Shown: positions 39,830 to 52,386 of the stretch, piece after piece
Layout of the letters: every line of letters starts with the position of its first letter
Position numbering within the stretch: position 1 is the first letter of the stretch
NCBI GenBank assembly: GCA_951406725.2
Contig: OX597816.1
Span: 178,746,001-178,810,000 of the forward strand
Origin: Octopus vulgaris
Lineage: Eukaryota
Reading direction: 5' to 3'
Length of the DNA stretch: 64,000 bases
Notes under the pieces: generated by a model
The model's input: the letters and a program-made list of their open reading frames with translations, nothing else
What the model was told of the DNA's origin: nothing
Databases searched by the model: none
Made by a program: the position numbers and the translations under genes

Positions 39830-41472
39830 TTTAAAATACAAGGAATACAATTCCGATACCTAATTAAAGCGGTGGGTTTACTTCACTTCCGTATGGCTTA
39901 CGTCATTTGCACTTAACTCCTGGAGAGTTGCATTTATATTTATCAGTTGGGAGAAATACCAACTTGTTGATTAATTTCACTAACTGCCATAGAATAGAAA
40001 TACAGTAATTTAAGAGTTTCGACAAATAGATAAAATAAGTACTAGACTAAAAAATTAGTATTGGAATCGATGTGGACGATTAAACAAATCAAGTCAGTGC
40101 GCCAGTTTGGCTAAAGTTTAATGACGAGTACCAGTGAAATATAAAAGATTATGTATGTGTATGTACTGGTATAAACAAGCTGTCGTAAGCAAGTCGGTGC
40201 TACATCGTGGCCGTATCTACCAGTAAGAATGAAGTATTTGAAGAGAAACGCCTATTTCTTTATTTGCTTCTTAAACTTCGAATGAGTTTTATAAATTGGA
40301 AACGCTGGAATCCAACACCCTTTTCTTTTCCCCTTTACTCCGCAACTTTTCCACATAATTATCGTGCGTCTGTGTATGCGTCTGTGCGTATGTCTATGTG
40401 TGTGCGAGAGCGTGTGTGAAGAGGGTGTAAAATAAATACTAAGATAGTTCAAGGCACTCGTGGGGAATTTTCCTTATCTATTAAACTATATGTTTTGTTA
40501 ACATAATACTGATTCGCTGACGAACTCTAACTACGCAATTTGTGCATCCTTCCTCCTTATATTTAACTGTAAATAATTTACCTGCGCCACCAAACTGATT
40601 TACTCAATAAGTAGACGAGCTAATGAGAGTGCTTCTAACCCTTGACCTGCAAGTAATATCGTTTAAATCAAAGTTTACTATCTTGAAATAATTAAAGAAC
40701 ACATTGAAAAGTAGGGATGTTCATTTCTGGAACACTTTTTTCCCAATGTCTGCTGAATTTGAGATAAGTAACAAATAACAATAACAGTAGCAATAAGTGG
40801 TTAGAATCTCACCTTAATGTTTTAGAGCAACGAGAAAATACCTTGTGTTATTTAATTACACCTCTTTACATTCTGAGTTTAGATCCCGCCAAGGCCTGCT
40901 TTGCTTTTCATCCCTCCGATTAAATAAAGTAGCAGACAAGTAATGGAGTCGATTTAATCGACGAACTCCCCCCCCCCCACATATCTGACCTTGTGCTTCA
41001 TGAACGGCTTGGAAAATTTGGATTTTATCACGTTGATCATGAAGAAAGTTTTTACCAATAGAAGATTTGGGAACAATTGGATATCCACCCTGTTAACTTT
41101 GAAGCGAGATCCGTGATTTTTATTTGCATAATTTATGCTTTATAGTTTTACAAACATCTATTTAAGAGTAATTCAAGGTGCTGTCTTGGGGTTCTGGTAA
41201 GATATGCAAGCGAGGCAGGGGTGGTTACACTCACAGGAATTTCGATAAAATATTTTGGAAAATTATTGAACAAATAGACTCAACAGACACTTTAACAAAT
41301 GTAAATTAACAACATTTTTGATTGAAAGAAAGCCTCTTTCTAATTTAACTACAAAGTTCTATTTGGAATTTTACATGCTCAGTTTTATATCTTCCAATAC
41401 AGATTTCATTATCGAAAATGAGCTATTGCGATTCTTTAGTAATTAATCTTGAACATAGAAACTCAAGTATCC

Positions 41473-41542
<70 letters not shown>

Positions 41543-41619
41543 GTGCGTGTGTGTGTATTCTGAGGATATCGTTTAATACAGATGTGGTAATCTAGAATGC
41601 TCAGATTTTAATTGAACAT

Positions 41620-42350
41620 ATTGTAAAGTCACTGTCTGTAGTATACTGTGGAAGAAAAGTAGTAAGTTCCATGGTTGCTTAATATATTATAAATTCTCCT
41701 GGCAGCATCAGCTTTGTCAACTTTCGATTCACTATGGAAAGAACGAAGCAAAGCAACAGATTCATAGTAATATCGTTGTAACTGTTTCTCAAGAAAACCA
41801 CTTTCGCAAGTTAAGGTTATTTTATGGCAAGTTGTCGCAACCACTTTTTGAAAAATGCGAACTCTCGTTGTCTCTTACTGCTGCGAGAATATTAAGGTGT
41901 TAAATCTTTTAAGAAAGCCTCTAAATATGAAGGCAATATGATATCGCATGATCAATGCTGAGGTTACATCATCTTCCAGTTAGTTCTGGAATCTACTTTT
42001 AGTGCTCATTATGGAAGAACAGTTATCGCTTGCAAATTCAATCGTATTTTCGATAGGAATATTTCTTTCGCGCAAATAATATTTGACAACATTGCAAATA
42101 GCAAGAACTGTTCTAATATTGCATCTATTACTCAAATCAGAGTTTCTTACGATCATGGCCAAAATTTGGGTGAGTAAGATGACTTTATTCACGTCAACTA
42201 TGATGGAAAACTTCTATGCCTTGCAGTTACCGTTGTCACTTTTTTCCCACGAAAATCTATACCCTCCTGAATAACACACAAAAGTTGTTGTTTTTTTATC
42301 GTTTGCATTGATAATTTTTTCAGAAATGATCTCTTACATACTGTTATAAA
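41620..42350 (-). pseudogene. Decayed hAT-like transposase
   Basis: YLRERNIPIENTIEFASDNCSSIMSTKS resembles the hAT SDNA..M.G motif; may continue beyond the Helitron at 42379. Confidence 0.5.
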
Positions 42351-42378
42351 GTTATCAATATTTGCAAAATGAATGTAA

Positions 42379-42770
42379 TCTCTCTATATATAAACGGCAG
42401 TTTGTCTGTCTGTGTGTCTGTGTCTGACCACGGCTTTCAACCGATTCTGATGAAACTTAACACACACATAGCCCAATGTCATAATTCAAAACTAACACAG
42501 CGAAAATTTTGAAAAGTTCCCCCAGTTCTGAAAAAAAATCGATAAATTCGACATGGGGTCGAGAATCAGAAACACAAACCACAGACTGTCTAGGGGACGC
42601 AACTCGACCTTTTTAACTCACATCGTATACACAGAAGTATTCGAGTGAAGAGAAGACATTGCAACCTACACATGCGCCTTCGTTCCCTAGAGGGAAATGA
42701 CCAGATTGGGATTAGCCGTTGCCTACTAGGGGCTCTTACATACCCGGGCAACGCCGGGCTATGCTGCTAG
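42379..42770 (+). mobile_element. Non-autonomous Helitron
   Basis: A|TC...CTAG|T ends; 3' hairpin CCCGGGCAACGCCGGG; short internal (GTCT)n. Confidence 0.85.
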
Positions 42771-43267
42771 TGTTCAATAAAAGAGCTAGCAAGAAGGTTT
42801 TCACCTTCAGCTGTTTCTTCATTTTTCGTTGACTTCATTTTTGTCACGAATGGAGTAATATCAACACTAAATGATTTACGGATGTTTGAAATTTCATTAA
42901 CCCTAATTTATTTGCATCTTTTTTTTTGGGTGCAATATTTTAGCATTTACAGTAATTAGCTATTTTAACTGTTCTGTCTTGTCGAAGACAATCCTTAAAT
43001 TCTTGTGGTCTTTCTTCCTTCATGACAACATATCCCAATTTCCTCATTTAGTAGGAATTTTCATTTCGTTACTTCTTACGACGGAGAGCAAATAATATAC
43101 ATATGTGGCAAGTTATTGGGACAGGAAAACCGAATCCCCTCATCCAACGCACCATGACGCACGGCCAATGCCATCTCCGAACGACAAGGTCGTCGCCAGG
43201 CCAAAGGCACCTGATTACTACAACAGTATACGTATCTTATGAAATTTAGATGATGACTAATCACTCA

Positions 43268-43350
43268 AAACCTTGGGCAAGTTTCTTCTACAATTGCTTC
43301 GGGCCAACCAAAGCCTTGTGAATGGATTTGGTAGGCGGAAACCCGTCGCA
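43268..43350 (+). mobile_element. SINE fragment (family of 14004)
   Basis: CCTTGGGCAAG...AAAGCCTTGTGAATGGATTTGGTAG. Confidence 0.7.
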
Positions 43351-43354
43351 TAAA

Positions 43355-43409
<55 letters not shown>

Positions 43410-43474
43410 CGCGCGCGCGCGTATGTATGTATGTATGTATGTATGTATGTATGTATGTATGTATGTATGTACCA

Positions 43475-44878
43475 TGTTGTGGATCTTGCAGGCATGAAGT
43501 GGAATTCGATCCACCATAGCCAAATTTCAAGTAACACCTCAACAGAAATTTTCTCACAGTAAAACAATAGTTTTTCTGTAACAGCAGTTTTACATTTGCC
43601 AGATTGCCTTAGCTAGGCCGAAATAATGTCTTCACCATTTGATTTTTCTAACCTCTCCTAGACCACCAAAAGCTAGAATTAGGATAACAAGTACCACCAA
43701 ATAAATCCATTGTTCTCAACGATATGTCTATCCTTTTGGATAGTTATAAAAACAAGAACTCACAAGCAAAAATCATGGAACACGTGGAGACCGAAAATGA
43801 GTGTATGGCAGAGGGAGTGCAGAAAGGCACTCACTCTCTTCTCCCGGGCGAGCAATACCGGTAGCGGAGTTACCACTACGGATTTCTATAGCGGGTTAGT
43901 AGAGCATGTCCGACGACGTCCTGGGGAAGACTCTGGGCTTCGATGAGGAACATGCTTGTCAACCTGTTCGGAAGAACATTCGGGCCGAGGTATTTGGACA
44001 ACTTCCAGAAATCGCTGGCCTGGTTGTGCTACCGATCGACCTTGTCAGTTCGAGAGAGGTTGTGTGTGAAACTGTCACGCACGCCTTCGTACTTTGGGAG
44101 GGATTAAGGGAACTGATAACCTATGTCGAACAAATGGTGTCGGATGCGGAAAGAGTACGGTTATCGACTGAGTCTATCATTAATATTGTGTCGCCTCCCT
44201 CTTTTAACAAGGAAAAGGAGGCGTCATTTTTCTGCGTTGTAGCCATATTGAAAGAAACAGTATGGATGACGCGTGGAAGAGGAATGGGGGCAGGTAACTT
44301 CATATCTGGACGTGGATTGGTTGGCCTTTTTACCAACCACCTATCTAAAAAGATTAGCCGGGAGAAGAGGTGCCTGCCTCGAAGTAGGATTGTGAAAAGA
44401 TGGAGGAATGTTGTAATGAAGTTGAGAGCGAATGGGGCCGTGCTAGTGTAGCCGGTCTAATCAGAAAGGAAGAGTAATAAGCAGAAAAAGGAAAACAACA
44501 CGGACCCGAAAATATAATCACAGAAATTTTTATATGATTCTCGATTTCATTATACCATTCGATTTCCTATTTCCGATTTCATATTCCGATTGCCGTTAAG
44601 TTATAACTCCTAAACCTAAATGTTTTGTATTGTCTTGTATTGTCCCCTCTCTGTATGTCATTCATTGACAAATAAAGAAATAATTTAGCCCCTTGGTGAT
44701 AACTCAGTCTGTTGGTGACAACTGGTGACTTGAGAGAGAGCTAACATCAGTTAGTGAACCGACCACTAGAATCATGGCCACAAGCAGGCAGAAGACGAAC
44801 GGCCAGAGGGAAAAAGAAATTTAGAATCAGCGATTATACAAGATTCAACTTCCCACACTCTCTCTTCTCTGTACATTA

Positions 44879-44921
<43 letters not shown>

Positions 44922-45151
44922 TATGGTTTACTACTACAGACTTTTTTACTTCGCATGCTTTTCTATTTTATCACCTGCCCATCGAGGCAAGGTATTATAT
45001 ACAATTTATGGTAAATAAATACTTTCTTCACAACTTCAGTCACTGTTCTTTCATCTTTACATAATGGCAATCAGCGAAGAACCAATCCTTACGACTCCGA
45101 TGTTCCATATTATTGTTTCCAACCGATACAAAATAAATTTTCATCGTTACA
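43475..45151 (+). mobile_element. Solo-LTR-like family A copy split by a Tx1-like insertion
   Basis: TGTTGTG start and CGTTACA end; 43475-43775 and ~44720-45151 match the other family A copies. Confidence 0.7.
43776..44684 (+). pseudogene. Tx1/L1-like LINE 3' fragment
   Basis: ORF 43906-44451 with ETVTHAF and LKETVWMTR...RW (L1/Tx1 ORF2 C-terminus); 3' UTR ending AATAAAGAAA. Confidence 0.7.
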
Positions 45152-45157
45152 CACACA

Positions 45158-45232
<75 letters not shown>

Positions 45233-45236
45233 ACAC

Positions 45237-45306
<70 letters not shown>

Positions 45307-45317
45307 ACACATACACA

Positions 45318-45356
<39 letters not shown>

Positions 45357-45420
45357 ACACACACACACACACACATACACACACATACACACACACACAC
45401 ACATACATACATACATACAT
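45150..45420. repeat. (CA)n microsatellite
   Basis: Direct observation. Confidence 0.95.
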
Positions 45421-45590
45421 AGACGCACACGACGGGTCTCTTCCAGTTTCCGCCTACCAAATCCACTCACAAGGCTTCGGTTAGCCTGAGGCTATTGTAG
45501 AAGACACTTGCTCAAAGTGCCACTCAGTGGGACTGAACCCAGAACCATGTGGTTGGGAAGCAAGCTTCTTACCACACAGCCACGCCTGTG
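45421..45590 (-). mobile_element. SINE 5' part (family of 14004)
   Basis: GGCGTGGCTGTGTGGTAAGAAGC...GGGTTCAGTCCC on the minus strand. Confidence 0.8.
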
Positions 45591-45615
45591 TTCATTCACT
45601 TTCGTATATTTTTGA

Positions 45616-46004
45616 CAAGCAGTATCGCCCGGCGTTGCTCGGGTTTGTAAGGGAAATAACTATATAAGCATTTTTAGAGATGTAAAGTATAATAGCCATC
45701 TCAATATGGCTAACCACAAAGGGGGGTGTTACTGTAGCTTTTTACGTTCTGAGATTTAATAATAAATTTTTAGGGAGTTACTTCCCTTATATATGCCAAA
45801 AATGCATTAAAATGGGAAAAATTTATGGTAATTTTTTTTAAATCGTAGACTCATCATAGACGCGCGCTAATACCCAGAAGGGCTCGATATGAATCACGAC
45901 TATAAGATACCCGGTTTTGGTTAAACTGCCCCGCAAAATGTGGGACTAGTTAGGAATCTAAATCGTAGGAGACAGACACACAACCTCACTTTTATATATA
46001 AAGA
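45616..46004 (-). mobile_element. Non-autonomous Helitron
   Basis: Minus strand A|TCTTTATATATAAAA...CCCGAGCAACGCCGGG hairpin...CTTG|T; 3' end nearly the same as the 42379 element. Confidence 0.8.
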
Positions 46005-46607
46005 TAATATATTTTTGATAATGCATAGAATTGATGTACTATCAATGTGGATAATCGAGTAAATATTCTCACGAAACTGAAGATTGCAGCCATGGAGTTG
46101 TAGACCGCAGAAACTGTCTACCGTTTTATTTTTTATTGTTGCAGTAAAGTTCACCCCGTTGTAATATATTCTGTAAACTTGCAGTATTTTCATGAACCAG
46201 TACCACTGGTGCAAAGGTTTTTTTTTTTAATTATCAGTCTAAGCAAATAATCAGTTCTATAGACAATATTTACTTTCCAGTTAAGAAGATAAAAATAAAA
46301 TATTTACACTGATAAGTCTTTAATGAAAAACGAAACTAGTGAACTAGGAATTTATTCATTTGAAAGTACTGTGGTTTAACTGGTAACTACGGACCTCACT
46401 TTCATAGCCACTCTAAATATGTCTACTAAATGTATGAATGACTCCTGCTATAACAATTTTATAGTAGATATTGTAAAGTTAATTGTTTCGTAATGACTTA
46501 TAGATTCACCTCGAGTAGGAATACGGGGACTATTTTTTATCTACTTACATTTACATATACGGTCATATATTTGCGCGCGCATGTGTGTGTGTGTGCTTGT
46601 GCATGCC

Positions 46608-46659
<52 letters not shown>

Positions 46660-48162
46660 CGCGCGCGATGTGTGCATATTGGAAGAAATTGAAGAATAAT
46701 GGTAGAAGAAAGGAGGACAAAGAGTGAATGAACTTGGATACATAGTTACACACACGCGAGCATGTACGCATGTGAATACATATTCTGGTAATGTGTGTAC
46801 GTGTTCGTATGTATATATATATGAGTCAAGAATAACGGGAAGAGAGGAAGGAATTTTGTGGAAGTACACAGATCACATACTTCCTTCAAAAGTGTAACAC
46901 AAATAACTTTTCTTCCTTGGCGTCCATAAAATGTGTTTCCTTTAACAAAGCACCAAACAAACAAACAAAATAATAATGGTAAAAAAGAATAGAAATAAAA
47001 GGCGGGTGGGATGGGCGTTGATGAATACTTCCTATATTTCTTTATTCAACTTCTGTTATTTCGCAAATGAAACCTTCAACTGTTCTCCTTCAAACAGCCA
47101 GCTACCTTCTTTGTAAGCTGTCAAATGCTACGTAATAATAACCACCATTCAAATTGACAGCTGATAGTAGTCAGGAAATGGACAAAAGTCGAAGATAAAG
47201 AGGTAAAAATGTCGACCATTGTGAAGAAATGTAAATTGCTGAGACCTGTTTTGAAATGTTATCTGTTATGTGTATCTAACCAAGCTACACCCATTTCTTT
47301 TCACTGTAACAAAATGGAAGGAAATGTTCTCACATATTTCGTCAAGATCTTATCCAATTGGCTAATAATAGCTAAAGGAATCGCTGAAAAAATTCCCTTA
47401 CATTTTTAGCTTTGAAAATTCCATTCCATGTGTACAACAATACCGCCTCATTGCGATCGACATTGAACTTGTCCATAAACTCTAAGTGGCCGCTTAAAAA
47501 CCTAAAATCACACCACTTCATCTTAAATAAGTGGCGTGTTATATAACGTAACGCTATATATCTTTAAAAATATGGGATGATCACGGCTGGAATGTTTTTG
47601 ATCACATTGCCTTAGAACAGCTAACTTGAAACAAAACAACATCATCATCATCATCAACAACAACAACAGACATTACAACATATTAGAAACCCATTATTCT
47701 TCATCAAAAGTAAAAGGTCCCACTCTCTCCACACAACAAACTATCTTATTCCAGTTTGAATAATTTGTTGTCAACATTTTCTAAGCTTTCTTTATTTAAT
47801 CGTACCATTGAGTGTCCTATTCCTTGTCAATATAAGGATTTCTAACAATAGATAAAACGGGAGATGGTATAAAGCGATTTAATTGATCCAGTATATATTT
47901 AACGCTGCCAGTCGATTCCGAACTCGGATTGTCGAGGGATATAACTAAATTCCTCAAAATATATTGTCTACCGTTCTCATGATTCGGCCATCCACAGCTT
48001 TCTCCTTGTACCCTCATATACTTGACGTTGAAAATCAACTCGAGATTTTTCTATCGTCAAAACATTATCATAAAGTCATTCTCTACAAAAAATAATAAAA
48101 TAAAATAAAGGATGTCAGCATAATTTGGATAGGTGAAAAATGTTTCCAAGCTAGCAGTAGAA

Positions 48163-48386
48163 CAGGGTGTCAATAAATTACCTTTACAATTTGAAAAATT
48201 CAGAAAAAAAAAGAGAGAGAGAGAAAAGGAATTCTCAGCAGAATTTATTGGAAAAAAACAAACAAATAAATTTTTAACGGAACTCTTCCACTTGCGTTCC
48301 ATTGGTTGCATGCAACTTGCTGAGTTAACCTTATAATTTTTTCTTCTGAATTTTTCAAATTGTAAGGATAATTTATTGACACCCTG
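48163..48386. mobile_element. Tc1/mariner-type MITE
   Basis: ~45-bp TIRs CAGGGTGTCAATAAATTA...GAAAAATTCAGAA; right flank TA, left flank AA. Confidence 0.85.
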
Positions 48387-48781
48387 TACTTTTTCGTTGA
48401 TTATCAACCGGATACTTCTTTCCTCTGAACCGGAAGCTAAACATTGCATATTGTGTTTTATAGGCAGGGCCACTATCGACTAATCTGAAAGATTGTAGAA
48501 TAAAACAAAACCCGTATTTAAAGTATAGAGTTATTTCAAGCTTCCAGCGACTGATCCAAGAGATTCTTCCTACACCTTCATCATAATAATACCGAAGATA
48601 TATAAAAGTGATATATAATTAATCAAATTAATTTTCAGTATATTTCTCCATTTAAAAAAAAAATTTTATCGAAGCTGGAGTTACGAAATATAAATACAAT
48701 GAGATTACAACCTAGAAGCTAAATAAATATCAAATGGCATTTCTTCTGGTGCGCTACCAACTCTTCCATCTTTCTGATATA

Positions 48782-49005
48782 AAGGCGGCGAGCTGGCAGA
48801 ACCGTTAGCACGCCGGGCGAAATGCGTAGCCGTATTTTGTCTACGTTCTGAGTTCAAATTCCGCCGAGGTCGACTTTGCCTTTCATCCTTTCGGGGTCGA
48901 TTAATTAAGTACCAGTTACGCACTGGGGTCGATGTAATCGACTTAATTCGTTTGTCTGTCATTGTTTGTCCCCTCTGTGTTTAGGCCCTTGTGGGTAGTA
49001 AATAA
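48782..49005 (+). mobile_element. Full-length tRNA-derived SINE
   Basis: GGCGGCGAGCTGGCAGAA head, GAGTTCAAATTCC B-box and GCCTTTCATCCTTTCGGGGTCGAT body; several related copies in the window. Confidence 0.9.
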
Positions 49006-49407
49006 ACATAATAATAACGCTTCTTTATTGAATTTCATGTACTTTTTATCCATCAAGGATTCATAAATTTAAAAGAGATGTCTAAAAATTTACGTAGAAT
49101 ATAAATTTGAGGAGAGGCTCCGCTTTCATCGTGAACAGTATATTATGAGTACTGGGGTAATCTCTTTGTAGTCGCTCAACATGCTAGAAACAGCAGTTAA
49201 ATCTCCTTCCTAATATACCCAATCGTCCTGAAGGAAAAACAAAAAACTATATATGTTGTGTCTTTAAAATATTACAGGATGGTCACAACTGGAAATGCCT
49301 TTGATTATAGGTTTGTTTGATCAAGGTTAACATGGGGGTCAATAACAAGTGTACATATTTAATAAATCTCGGAAAGGTGAAATATAAAATCGACTCTGGA
49401 TGGATTT

Positions 49408-51394
49408 TGTAGCGGACACTTTTTCTTTATTTGCCTATAAAAGGTGTGCATAGAGGGACATTACAAAGGACGAACACTTACATTCTTACAAAATCGTTTG
49501 GGTTGAGATGAAATGAAAAATTCGAATGAAATGATGAATATAAAAATGTATACAAATAAAAATTAAAAATTAATAAAATACTGCTAGTTGCTTGTGCCAG
49601 GATCTCCAGAGATTGACCCCCGTCGATTCTATGGAGCGTCTCTGGAGATCCCAATGATATTTATCTTGTCCTCTCTTTTGTAGAGGAGTGTGGAAACGAT
49701 CCATGCCACCTCCACCTCCAGGGAGATGTTCTTGTTTTTTATCCAGAACGTTCTGCGTCCCAGATATAGAGGCAGCAGCATGACGTAACCACATTGCAAG
49801 ATTCGAGTTGAGAACTCCCTTGCTTTCTCAATCGACTCGAACCTTGCTTTAATGGTGGCATACCTTGTGCCTCGGGCTAGGTACTTTGTTTCGTTCATCA
49901 CCGGCCCGAGACACCTTTCAATTGTCCTTTCTTCAAAAAACTCTAATCTTTTCTTTTGTTCCGTATTTCATTTGGTGATGTTATCTTGCTCTCGCCGTTT
50001 TCTTCAGTAATCATTCCATAATAGGTTTGTATGTCTTCCATTTTTAATGTGATAGTTTTACGTCCACCAACAGCGGCGGCAAAATTCATTTTCTTTCTAT
50101 TTTGTTCTTCTACAGAACACATTTTTTTAATAATATTTTTTTTTAATATTCAAAAATTCAAAAATTTTTGTTTCAAAAGGGGACGCGGTTCAAACCGCAA
50201 GCAGTAACACAATTTCACTATATAAATGCAGACAAGAATTTTAACACAGTTCACTATATAAATGCAGACAAGAATTTTAACAACGTTTCCCTTACGGGAA
50301 ACCAACAAGCACAATGTAACAATAAGCAGGCAACAATTTAACAACTAACCTTCACGGTAAACACAAGCAAATTATCACGTAAGAATGTAAGCGAGGTGTA
50401 GCGGACACTTGAGGGAAATTCCTCTCCTCTCTGTTATATATACATAAATACGGACGTAGTAGATAACAGCTAGTCTATGGCCGCATTCTGGACCCTGTTG
50501 TGTCCACTACTCTGATTGGTTGGTATTGGCTCAATTTGTCTCTTCTATCGCTCGCCAATATGCAACCCAACCAGTCGCAGCCTTCAAATGAGGTCATGTG
50601 AGACAGTCTGCTCTAAACCCCAGTTTGAGCCGACTGCTCCCTATAAAAATTCCAGTTTCACACCGTCTCGATTGTCTTTGGTCCCAGACCTTTTAAGGTC
50701 TAGCCACTGACCACACAGGACACAGCCTGTTCCAACGACAACACAACATCAGCCACATCAACTTCGTCCAACAGCATTCGACGACCTCCATCTCCGTCGC
50801 CACCATTCGTCTTAACGTCAACATCATCTCTCTACGTACACAGCAACCAGCAACTCCCACAGGTTCTAACATAGCACTGTTCGTGAATTACTTCACTATG
50901 ATTAACAGCGAATATACAACCTGCGAGAACTCCTATACCAGGAGATACAGGCAGCGGCATAACAGCTACCACTTCACGTACGACATGCACCTCAATCGGC
51001 TCTGCATCATCGCCGCATCTTCTTGATACAGTATTTCAACTATCGTGTACAATTGACTACGAGCTGGTATTTCTCATCCTTGTGTCTGAACATTCTTCTA
51101 TCTTCTCATTATACTCTTCTAATGTTCTGTACTTAACGCACACGCATACATCCATGCCTATGCACACACATTCACATTGTTCTCATGACGGCCTGTCTAT
51201 TATTATGGACACATGACGCACACACAGTGACACATGTCAACATACCAATAAAGCTTCTCTTAAACCTTCTACCAGGTTGTGTCTCTCTTTTCCTTCTGGC
51301 ACTTAAACGCATTTATCCTTTTTATATTTATTGTATCGACCGTGTGACGTATTAAGAAGCCATTCTCGTCACCTCTCTTCGCACGGTCGTTACA
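49408..51394 (+). mobile_element. Solo LTR, family B, with 4-bp TSD; 5' end interrupted
   Basis: TGTAGCG...CGTTACA termini; ATTT at 49404-07 and 51395-98; TATAAAA near 50642 and AATAAA near 51248. Confidence 0.8.
49422..50396 (-). mobile_element. Internally deleted Tx1-like LINE (5' region + 3' UTR) with 14-bp TSD
   Basis: TSD TGTAGCGGACACTT at 49408-21 and 50397-410; tail resembles 44640-44684; ORF1-like KYLARGTRYATIKARFESIEKAREFS; ~36-bp tandem duplication 50205-50282. Confidence 0.75.
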
Positions 51395-51557
51395 ATTTCA
51401 AAGAACATTCTCGATATTTGTTTTGGCTACTCAAAACTTAGAGACATGTAAAATAAACACGTTCGGTGACTTTCCCGTCATATTGCTGGGGTTTATAAAT
51501 TTAATAATAAAGCCTCAAACAACGAAAGCATTGAGGCGGGCGTGGTTGGGCGCTTAA

Positions 51558-51774
51558 CCCTTTCACATTCAGATTACTCTGTCAAATGTTATGATTATTA
51601 TTTACATTGTTTTCAATTAATCATACATTATCTTGTAGCTTTGTGATTTTGATGATCTGTTTGTTTACTTTTAGAATGACATTGCGGGTTAGTTGTGAGA
51701 GGCCAAATCTGTCAGTCTGAACACAAGACAGGTAGAATATTTGGGCCAGGTATGCCGGTTTGAATGCTAAAGGG
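51558..51774. mobile_element. piggyBac-type MITE
   Basis: TTAA|CCCTTTCACATTCA...TGAATGCTAAAGGG|TTTA. Confidence 0.7.
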
Positions 51775-51994
51775 TTTAGGTGTCCGTCTCAGACGTGTTT
51801 CCGGAATCGATTCCACTGCGTAGCTCCTTCGAAATCTGTGGTTAATGACACTATTGTTCATAAAATGTAAGGCTTACTTGCTTTGCTGCCTTATTACAGC
51901 CCATCGTAGGTGATAAAATGTAATATAAAATGAATAAATTCTGCGTTAGATGAAGAAACGGTGACGAGTGAAAATTCTGTAAACAATAATGATT

Positions 51995-52190
51995 ACAAGC
52001 TTTAAGCTTATAAGTGTCCACCGTTTATTGGTTAAAGGAAATAGCATAATATTGGGACATATAAGCCCTCGACTGATAATACCTACTTTTTACTCTGTCG
52101 AGGGCTTATATGACCCAATATTAGACTATTTCCTTTAGCCAATACACGGTGAACGCTTAAAGGTTTACTAACTTAAAGTTTATAAACATT
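51995..52190. repeat. Inverted repeat, ~80-bp arms, 23-nt loop
   Basis: ...CATATAAGCCCTCGAC / GTCGAGGGCTTATATG... with further imperfect pairing outward. Confidence 0.85.
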
Positions 52191-52344
52191 GCTTTTCAGT
52201 ATAGATACTGCTTTTGTCTTTTATAGAGATTTCCTTAACTAGTTAGTTTACATGTTGCAAAATCAGTAACTATGTGTCATTTATTTTCTGTATATTACAA
52301 GCTGTGGCGAACTACTGCTATGTCTAGCAGACAAGTATCCATCA

Positions 52345-52386
52345 CTGAGGATGACCATAATATAGTCGAAACCGCGTGGTCAGGGA
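52345..52386 (+). ncRNA. Hammerhead core within a 362-bp partial tandem unit
   Basis: CTGAGGA-T-GAC(CATAATATA)GTC-GAAA-CC(GCGT)GG-TC; stem I does not pair. Confidence 0.6.

Noticed and set aside
39380-39916. Poly-S/V/T/Y ORFs
   Set aside because: Trinucleotide microsatellite
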